A stretch of 54,126 nt of DNA from Atractiella rhizophila (taxonomy: Eukaryota), in assembly GCA_021432655.1 (NCBI GenBank), contig MU271317.1, forward strand, positions 1 to 54,126, read 5' to 3'. Shown here in pieces: positions 44,725-54,126 of the stretch. Under the pieces are notes generated by a model, which was given only the letters and a program-made list of their open reading frames with translations, had not been told where the DNA came from and did not search any database. A program made the position numbers and the translations under genes. Within the stretch, counting starts at the first letter, position 1. Each line of letters starts with the position of its first letter.

Positions 44725-47700
44725 ATGTCATCCACCCAAACTACCACCATGTTCAACGGTAAAAGAGCAATGTCGATGGCGTCCAACGCGGGCAATAGAA
44801 ATACCAATCGGTACTCTGTTACTCAACTCTATAGCTTGGCTGCTGAGCAGGATACGGAGATCGAGGATGAGTTGGCGAGAGGTGCGTCTTGCTTTCCTCT
44901 GATCATCCCAGGCGGAGGTTGAGGTTGTCGGCCGTTGATCAGCGCAGAAGCGTTTGAGGGATCTCAAGGCGCGCATATCTTCTCAATCGAAGAAGAACTT
45001 TGTGCTGGAGAGAGATGTACGGTACCTCGACAGTCGAATAGCGCTCCTGATCCAAAACGTGCGTTATCATTTCGCTTCCGGACGAACACGAGAATTAATT
45101 TATGAGGGATTGTCACAGCGGATGGCCATGGACGAGCGTGACGAGGTTCGGGAGCACCTTGAAGAAATCGAGAACGCAGATTCAGACATTCTTGATGACC
45201 GTAAAACGACGGTACGTTCTGCTCCCGTCGGCACTACATTGTGGGAATGTGAGGTTGATCATGCGCGATACAGCAATATGGCAACCTTTTCTTCCTCCTC
45301 CAATCCGAACCACGTCACATCGCCTCTCTCTGTCGACTCGTTCAGCTGAGCGAAATCGATACCCTGCTTCAAACGGTCATGTTCACACTGTACGGAAACC
45401 AGTACGAGAGTCGAGAAGAGAATCTACTTTTGACCATGTTTCAGGTTCGCTACCCTCTCACGACTATAACAGGGTCTCAAAGGCTGATGTTGCTCGATGG
45501 TGCAGTCTGTGTTATCAGCCCAATTCGAAACTGCCACAGAGTTCGGTTCTCTGTTGAGAGCAAACACACCTGTCTCGCGAATGATGACCACCTACACTCG
45601 CCGTGGACCAGGACAGAGTTACCTTAAGAGCGTACTTGCAGAGAGGATTAACAGTCTTATTGAGCACAAGGATCTGAACCTGGAGATCAATCCTCTCAAA
45701 GTGCGTCCCACTGTTCATGTCATATGTATCTAGCTGATGAAGACCGCCGCTGTTTGTAGGTTTATGAGACCCTAGTTCAACAAGTCGAGGAAGAGACGGG
45801 AACGACACCACCTGATCTTCCCAGAGGTGTGTCGGCTGAAGTGGCAGCGGAGAACAAGGAAGTTCAAGCTATCATCGCGCCAAGGTTGCAAATGCTGATG
45901 GAGATCGCCGAAAACTTTCTGCTTACGATCATGGAGAGCATCGACACTGTCCCTTATGGTATTCGTTGGATATGCAAGCAGATTCGTAGTTTGACGAGGG
46001 TACGCTCACTTTCGTTTTCAATGGAAAGTGATGCTGAAGGATGCGGATGGGCAGAGGAAATATCCAGAAGCCGCTGATTACGCTATCTGCTCTCTCATCG
46101 GTGGATTCTTCTTCCTTCGATTCATCAATCCTGCCATCGTCACACCCCAAGCGTATATGCTCATTGACAACCTACCGACGACCGCCAAGCATCCTCGCCG
46201 GACACTCACTCTCGTTCGTCTCCCTCCTTTCCACCAACAACCGTCTGACCTGAGCATTCCTTGTAGATTGCCAAAATGCTTCAGAACCTCGCCAACAAGC
46301 CTTCATATGCCAAGGAAGCCTACATGATGAGCTTGAATCCCTTCGTCGAGAATAACAAAGCAAGAATCAACGCGTTTTTGAACTCCCTCTGCGAGGTGGG
46401 AGACTTTTATGAGTCGCTCGAGGTCTGTCACCTTCCCTCACCTAACGTTCCTTGCTGAGGTGGAATGTGTCTAGATGGATTCGTATATGGCTCTTTCCAA
46501 GAAAGATTTGTCTCTCAACATCACTTTGAACGAATTGTATAATACGCATTCTCTTCTACAACAACACCTTGAGGCTCTCGTGCGTGTTTCGGTCGACTCG
46601 CAGCCAGGTGGTGAAGCTGATGGTTTTACAGGCAAGAAACGAGAAGAATCATTTGCGCATCCTGCTCGACGACCTAGGACCTGCTCCTCCCCAAGTTTCG
46701 CGAAAAGAAAATCGGGCGATCGAGCTCGCCTTGTTCTCACGTTGGGAAATGCCGATTCAGGATCTGACGACGACTCTGATGGCAGAAAACAACTTGACTC
46801 AAAATGACATCCTCTACATGGAGTCCAAATCGATCTTTGTTCAACTCATCCGTTCCATCCCTCAACTCACCGAACGTCGTCCCATTAACCTCCCAGTGAT
46901 TGCAGAACGGGCGGCCACGGCTAAAGATGCTACGCTTGTAAGGAAAGGGATCAAGGTCAAGGAGATGTTGCGGGAGTTGGAGGAGCTGAGACTCGTGGAT
47001 AGAAGGGATGGATATAAACTTCTCACAGAGGAAGTCGGGGCGGAACTTACGCATCTGGGAAATATGAGGGAAAAGGTTATTTCGGAGACCAAGTCACTGG
47101 AATCCGTCTACAAGACGATTTGCGATCATAACAACTACCTCAGATCTCAGCTAGAGCAGTACAAGGCGTATTTGCAGAACGTACGAATGACCTCAGGTGG
47201 TGGTGGTGGGAAGAATAAGCCGATTGGAGGAGTGGGAGTCGTATCGGTGGATGGGAAGGAGAAAAAGGTGAACAAGCAGGCTCAAGCGCTTGGCCCCTTC
47301 AAGTTCTCTCATGCCCAATTCGAAAAGGATGGCATCATTGTTGAGACTAACGTGCCTGAGAATCGGTTTGCATTTGCTAATTCAGTGAATCAGTCTGACC
47401 GGGTGCACCAGTCAATCCAACATCTTTTTCCTCATCACTTCCCCAAGTCCAGGAACGTATCTCATCGGACTTCACTACAAGGGGAGAGAGAAGGCTATTC
47501 TTGAAATGGACTTGAAGATTGACGATTTGTTAGAGAAGGTTTGTTTTCGTTTGATGTCCAGACGTCTCATTGACAATTGTTTGCGTGCACTAGCAAAAAG
47601 AAAACGTGCAGCTCTTAGATCTCGAATATGTCCAATTGAACGTTCCAAAGATTTTGGCTCTGCTCAACAAAAGTGCGTTTCTCGCCGAAATGGGTGATTT

Positions 47701-47739
47701 GCCACTAACAGTGATACAGCTTTTGTTCGTAAGCGCTGA
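44725..47739 (+). CDS. Ras GTPase-activating protein (S. pombe Gap1/Sar1-like)
   Basis: [75 protein letters not shown], RasGAP_C region; ends TFVRKR*. Confidence 0.93.
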
Positions 47740-48289
47740 AACGCTTCATTCTGACTCCCTTTCATCTTTGCTCCTCTGCCTTACGAATCAGTCCCTTGGT
47801 CTTGTATCCTACCAACCTTGCATGCTCCTTCTTTTGCGTCGCGGCAACCAAGAGTTGGATGTGAACAACAAAACTAATCCAACGTATTTCTTTTCTCTTC
47901 CCCTTCCTTCACGAACCTGTTTGTTGCATTACCTTTTGCACTTGATTCGTTTGCGGTACGTTAGCGACAGTTTCGAGCCTGTTCGAATACTTCAGATCCT
48001 GTTTGGTTGGGCTTAAGTGATGATCTCTCCCCTTTTTTGTGCCGTTCTAGAGCGCTACTTTCCCCTTGTTTGGCTTTCAATCCCTTAATATGTTTGATAA
48101 TGTAAATTTTATGTCTTTCCTTCCTAACTTTACTAACCTCTTTCCCTCTGGGTTTTCGATTGATTGAGACTTTGAGAGTGAGCCTGGTGATAATTTTATT
48201 CTGTGACTCTGTTGCCCTGGTTCGGTTGTGTGATGAATCAATGAATGAAATATCACTTGATCAAATTTGAACTGGAATCTACATCTAGA

Positions 48290-49326
48290 TTACCAAGGAA
48301 GGGTCTTGTCCTCTGTGTCGACGGCATAAAACTTATGGGCCGTGTCGGGAGTTACCTTTTCAATGATAGCGAGGCAATCTCTGACACTCATCTCAGTTGT
48401 GTAGTCGGACTGCAGAGCCTGATCAACTCTTACCACGAGGAAGAGAACACGGCCTACCTCAACTGGATTATCGCCTCCGCCCAACTTTCCCATCTCTGTT
48501 TTTACCCACCCAGGATGCAGGGCAATGAAGGTGAACCCTTCATGTCTAAGGTTGGCATCGTATTTCCTCGTTGCCATATTGAGCGCTAGCCACTTGAAAT
48601 CAATGCTGGAATTCTGGGAGGGGAGCGAGGAAAGAATCTTACCAGCCTTGGATACGGAATATGCTCCAAAAAAGCCAATATTCTTCCAAAGTAGATCCTT
48701 GTCGGGATCCACTGCAGCAATGGATCCTGCCACCGTGTTCACATTGACCACCTTTTTCTCTCCCATCCTGAGGAGAGGGAGGAAGGCGTTGGTTGTTTGG
48801 ATGGTACCGATGACATTGACGCGGAACTGGAGATGACAATGAGCAGAATTGAGGGAGGATATGAAGGGACTTACTGCCTGTTCGAATTGCTCGATTGGTA
48901 ACTCGATAAATGGCGTCGGTTTCCCACCTTCGGTCCTGATGGCAGCATTGTTGATCAACACGTCTACTCTCTCTGTCTTGCTCGCTACCTCTGCGACGGC
49001 AGCCTTTTCATTCGCAGATTTCAATCAGTCGATCGATGCAGGACATTGGATCCATTGCAACATGAAGAGGTGGAGCTCACTTTGATAGAAGTAGCGTCGG
49101 ATATGTCACCAACGACTACATGGACGTTGGGGGACTTGAAACCTAAGGAGACTAGCTCGGAAGAAGGCTTGCGCGCGAGAGCAAAGACTGTGTTCGAAGG
49201 ATTTTTGGAAAGTTGAACCACCCATTCTAGCCCTGCAAAAGTACTTGATTAGTTTGACGTGAGGAGTAAGAGGTTCAGTTCACCCATTCCCCTAGCAGTA
49301 CCGGTAATAACAAAGACTCGAGGCAT
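48290..49326 (-). CDS. Short-chain dehydrogenase (C-factor/CsgA-like)
   Basis: VFVITGTARG.G, VDVLINNAA, YSVSK catalytic motif, ALHPGWVKTEMG, ends LPW. Confidence 0.92.
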
Positions 49327-49407
49327 TTTGTTCAGTTTTTTCGTTTACTTCGCGTAACTTTCTGGTCGAGAAAGATTGCAGCTGGCATGCAAGGGAAGAG
49401 ATCAGGC

Positions 49408-49418
49408 AGCTTTTATAA
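49408..49418 (-). promoter_or_regulatory. TATA box of the SDR gene
   Basis: TATAAAAG on the minus strand about 85 nt upstream of the ATG. Confidence 0.55.
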
Positions 49419-50634
49419 CGTGCCTCCTCCCCTCCTCTTCCTCGATCTCGTCAATCTAGTCGTCTACAGCCGTGCCCCCTTTCTCTCTCACCATGATCAC
49501 AAATGATCCTCATGTCCATCCAGTCGATAGTGGTACCGCGGTACGAGAAGGTGAGTGGACAGTAGGAATGTGTCGGCCCATATCGGTGACAGGCGTATTA
49601 TGGTATCATTTGAGAGGAGTGGTGCAAATTGTCAGTCGCTGCTGACAAGCCAAAGCAATGAGCCAGAAAATTGGGGAATGTAGAAGACGGAGGTAGACGG
49701 ACTACCGCGAAAGTCAGTGTCACAGTGGATAATAGATGGTAGTTCGACTGATGGATCTAAGGCACCCTTTTTGTATGGGGGTAAGAACAGGGTAACGGGA
49801 AAAAGTCGACCGCTCCTTTCATCGTGTGGCACTGGGATTGTGGGGGACCAACCTGCCGCAGGGATTTAAGAAGTTGGGCCTTCACGATTTCCTCAAACGA
49901 GAAAAGAACGAATTTATAATCTATGAGGGAGTGTCAAAACTCGGCCATCATGATTGTCAGGCAGAAACATTCATGTCGGTTTGCGTCACCCCATAAACTA
50001 GGGACGTTGACTACAATATATCATGAAGCAAATAAACTCCATTTAGAGCCCTATATTGAGTTTCAAACTCGAACGACTGCAAAAGTGGTTCTGAGAAATA
50101 GCGGCTCGAAGCATGCAAGTCGAATTTTTGAGATTTCTCGCTTTCATGGGACCCATAAACTCATCTTTCTATTGTCTCCCTATGAAGCAGGGCAAATTGA
50201 GCTCGGATGCTCAATACTGCAACGGGGTGCAGTCAAAATGTAACAACTTCAAGTTGTCAATATCAACTTTTAAATGGTTGAACATTGGTGCAATTAATCT
50301 TCCGAAGAAAGCAAGTCGCCCGAGTCCCGACAGATTGGAGAGGCACAACAATGGTGAACGCTTCACTCTGAGCGATATGTCTCACTGGATTTCAGTGTCT
50401 ATATCTGCATGTTGATGTCTTCATTGTAGCATATAGATATCGATAAACAAAGATGGGCATGAGCAAAAGGATTGTGCTGACATGAGCTTGTGCTCCTCTC
50501 CCCTGGCTCCCAATCGATCTCAGCAACTACCAAGCAAATGGAAACTCCATCTTCGAGCTATTCCTGTACCCCCTCCCACCAACGTCTGCCAGTGCACCAG
50601 CACCACCGTCAAGCCCAACGCCGTTGCGAAGCCC

Positions 50635-52268
50635 ATGACTCAAGAATATGGTTATGACAGGGAGCCTTCAATCGCATTCTCCGACTCGAACTCGCAAAGG
50701 AGCCTCGCTAGCGCTGGCACCTACGATGTCAACATGGACGATGAAGGGAGCAGCTTGAACTCCAGCACTTCCTGGTTCTCCTACGCAGAAGGGAGGAGGT
50801 TGGTCCTTCTCGTTTGCAGATATGTATTGACAGGAGTTCATTGTGACTTCTTTCTTTGGTATCGATGTCATAGGTTCCACAATTCCGAACACGACATCGG
50901 TGTGTCACTCCTTCCTTCCTTCAGGAACAACAGTCGAGACTAATTCCTCCCAGCTTATTACTACCCAAATGATGCCGAGGAGCTCGACAGGCTGGACTGT
51001 CAGCACGACTTGTACAAACTCCTGCTTGGGCGTCGAAACTACCCTATCGAAGTCCTCTCACTGCACCTCGACCCGAAGGATCCCGTTCCAGGCCCACGAA
51101 CCATTCTTGGTCCGTCTTCCCCACCATCTCAAACTTCAAATCTGGGGGCCGCGCTGAGAATTTTGTGGGATGGAACAGACCTTGGCACTGGCTCTGGAGT
51201 TTGGGCCATCCAGATGGGCGACGAGTTCCCCAACTCCACTGTGATTGGTGTGGATCTGGCGCCAGTGCAACCGGAAAGAGTGCCTCCGAACGTGACCTTT
51301 GTTTGCGAGGACTTCACCAAGGTGGACGACTTGGATTACTCATATATCCTCCGGAAGAGGGAGGACAGGATAGGGGAGGGGGAGAAGAGGAAGTTTGAGC
51401 TGATATTCATGCGATGTCTCATATGGGGAGTGAGTCGCTGACTCCTTTATCCGATTGTGGATAGATGGTTGATCATGATTGATGTACAGATAAGGGATTG
51501 GGAAGCCATAATTGAGCAAATCGCACAGGGACTCGAGGTAGGTGGGATGATGGTCCTCATCGAGCCAGGAGAGATGCCTTTCAGCGTATTCGAAGGAGAG
51601 GGAAGTGTTGGAGAAGCGACCTTGTGCGCCAATTTCTTGATCTGCTTCTCTCAGCCAAATATTAACAAAATACTGATCAAATGTGTGGGATAGACTGTGG
51701 TGGCGTACTCTGCGCGAATGCATGGCTGCAAGGGTTTGTCCTTCTTTTCCATGCCGTCATGGACTGTCGAACACTCCACTCAAAAAACATTAGGGAGCCC
51801 ATCCCGATGCCCCAGCCCACCTAGCAGAAATGGTGGAACGGAACCCAAAATTACACTTAGTCCTCGCGAAGAGGTTGGATTGTCCCATCGGTGATTGGGC
51901 CAGTGATGAAGACCTGAAGGTGGCAGGTCGGTACTTGTTGCGCGGTTTGTCACCTCTCTCGTCCTGCCTCAGACTTTACTTCCCGTTATGGGGGTGACAG
52001 ATTGAAAGTCCGATGGTCTGATATGTTCGATGGATTTGTGTAGATTGTCTCCTTGCCCTGGAGACGACCAAACCACTCTTTCTGCTGTTCGGATACTCAG
52101 AGGGATGGATTCAGGCGCTCCATAAGAATTGTCGAATTGAATGGGCTGGCATGTTTCCCTGCTTTTTTTCTGCTGTCTCTGAATAACATCATATGTTCTT
52201 TAGATTCGAGAAGGAGAGCTTGGATTCCCAGTCGAATGGTTGTTGCCAGACGGAAGAAGGCATCCTGA
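50635..52268 (+). CDS. SAM-dependent methyltransferase, LaeA-like family
   Basis: EG|RRFHN, YYYPNDAEELDRLDCQH, DLGTGSGVWAIQMGDEFPNSTVIGVDLAPVQP..VPPNVTF. Start uncertain (50482 or 50635). Confidence 0.85.
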
Positions 52269-52460
52269 AAACCTAGTGTGACGACGGTCCGCATATACCT
52301 TTCGATATTACGCCAGTGAATGTGGGATGCTATGATCTGGAAAGGACGATTTCGAATTGCGAAATACAAAATTGGGTACAACTTCTGGATAACAGAACAA
52401 CACAAGAAGAAGACACCAGTAACGGCAGCACAAACAAGAACAATTTGCTATACCCTCAAT

Positions 52461-53551
52461 TCATTTCGTACCCCACATTGCATCCAATGTGTTCGTTTTG
52501 GGTCTTTTTCTTTTTTTCTCTTTATCCTTGGCCTTATTTGCCAACGGGGAAGATCGGCGTTTTTGGGTACCAGTCGTTACTTTGTTCCGCTCTGTCCCTT
52601 TTGTCGAAACAGCATTCTCAATGGAGTCGTCATCGGAATCTTTGGTCAAATCCAATACAAGTGAACCTGCAATATACGTTAACTCGTCCGCAGTTAATTC
52701 GTGAGAGAGTGAATACGAACGATTAAGGCACTGGTCGACGTGGGAACTAACGATGGAATAAACAAACTTTGCTTCATCAAGGCAAAGGGAGAGAAGGGGA
52801 AGGACAGACTTGAACTCTCCTAGACCCATCTGGAAAAGCTTGAGGCAAACAGGGCACTCATACTCTTCCGTCGTCTCCTCTTTCCCCTTTCCTTTCACCG
52901 GCGCATCGAATCTTAACTGATGACGAGGGCTGACCTGTCCATTCGTGCTGTGCCTCTTCGAGTTGATACTCGGTCCCCCAGTGTAGTAGGGTCGAAATCT
53001 GAACTCCTTTTCTTCTTCTTCTTCATCTCCTTCCCTGATGTCTACCCCTTGTACAAGATCATCCGCCTCGAACAACTTCACCTCATTATCTTCCAATCGA
53101 TGTTTGGAACTCTGGCCGGCAGTTACATTATCCTGCTCCTTCAAGGTCACCACCCATGAGTCCAGGCCCTTCTTTGCCTGCTCAGCTATTGCCTGTTCGT
53201 CTCGGAGATTTGACATCGTCAAACCCATGAGACGTAGACGGAGTTCTCGCTTCCCCCCACAACCAACCACCTTCCCACCGCTATCGAAAAGAGTTTGTCG
53301 GGCTTTGAGTTCTTTCATTAAAATCTTTTTGCCTTCTTGATACAGGTCCTCGAAGCGGTGAATATAGCGACCTTTTGGGAGGGAAGAGGCACTGAAAACG
53401 AAGATGAAATTAGCCAACCCCGAAGAAGCTTGACTAGGACGCACCGTGAAAATGTCTCGAATGTGTCGAGCTTGTATCCAAGGGATATCGTGCGCCCGCT
53501 CCATCCACCTTCTTTCATATCTGTTTCGAGGTTCTTTGCGATTTCTCGCAG
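52461..53551 (-). CDS. DNA polymerase kappa (DinB-like Y-family), 3' part
   Basis: Little-finger domain LREIAKNLETDM...GRTISLGYKLDTFETFSR|ASSL...LRLRLMGLTMSNL; UBZ (YECPVC...HVDQCL); C-terminal NLS and PIP-like TLDAMW. The catalytic domain is not in the window. Confidence 0.85.
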
Positions 53552-53559
53552 CTGCGCTG

Positions 53560-54126
53560 TTTGAGCATCTTTGAATGCCACAGGCTTATGCTCTCTTTCA
53601 TTTTCTCTATAGACCGGACTGGCAGAGAACACCCCAGTGTGGCTTAACATACGAGAGCTTTTAACGACGTCTGGAGTTGTTCGGTTCACTCCTAGAGAAC
53701 GGCGAAATTCAATGTAGGGATTGAGACTACACTACTCTCTACCGGTTATGCAGCACGGAGGTCTGTCTCTGCGCTATTTCCTCAAGTACTTCTTGTACGG
53801 TCAAGCGTTTCAAGGTCCCCAAACAGGGATGCAAGCTATCAACCTCCGTTAGAGTAAGCTGCAAGCATCTAACCTGCGCAGAGCCTTGCGACCGAAGTCC
53901 GTGACCTTTAGTTCTGGACCCCCTACAAAAGCTGAGTGCCCTGCAGAAATGAACCAAGCTTTACTTTAGCCAGAGCCTAAAGAAGATTCTCCTATAGAAC
54001 CCGAACCAAGCTGTTTCCAACTCGGAGTGTTCGCTCTCCCCTCCTTCTCATAGCCCTTACTCGTCTGTAAGTGATGGTAAACCTTTCTCCTCCTGAACCT
54101 ACGATTCCAGGCAACAAGAATAGGAT
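53560..54126 (-). ncRNA. Candidate large structured RNA upstream of the Pol kappa little-finger exon (probably intronic)
   Basis: No recognisable Pol kappa coding sequence in any frame. Several mutually nested stems, a cUUCGg and a GAAA tetraloop, and G-U pairs that work only on the minus strand. Confidence 0.5.

Noticed and set aside
40789..47739. Mating-type locus
   Set aside because: No pheromone precursor, STE3 receptor or HD1/HD2 genes seen in the window.
53560..54126. Assignment of the structured element to RNase P/MRP, U1, U3, SRP or a group I intron
   Set aside because: Diagnostic motifs (CR-I/CR-V, ACUUACCUG, U3 boxes, SRP helix 8, P/Q/R/S) were not convincingly present; left unassigned.

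Overview
Gene-dense, intron-rich fungal nuclear DNA. Introns are mostly ~45-65 nt with GTRAGT/GTRCGT/GTTCGT donors and CTRAY branch points. The gene content suggests a basidiomycete (inference). I read about 22 spliced protein-coding genes by hand: Sut1-like transporter (partial), TRIC/TMEM38-like protein, Nup120/160, MRF1, YAE1, CaMKK-type kinase, MTG2/Obg, DUF836 glutaredoxin-like protein, cyclophilin, ProRS, agmatinase, a secreted protein, Pol eta, an aldo-keto reductase, ISWI, an AIF/AMID oxidoreductase, a DUF2458-like protein, an HMG-box transcription factor that the ORF track misses, RasGAP, an SDR, a LaeA-like methyltransferase and Pol kappa (partial). I recognised no rRNA, tRNA, CRISPR array or clear transposon. 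The strongest unexplained signals are: (i) a >=570 nt segment with nested stems and UUCG/GAAA tetraloops, apparently inside a Pol kappa intron; (ii) a 425-nt ProRS intron with hairpins and H/ACA-like boxes; (iii) an AUG-less, presequence-like in-frame extension of ProRS, suggesting near-cognate initiation. Gene boundaries come from manual splicing and are approximate. No database searches or folding programs were run.
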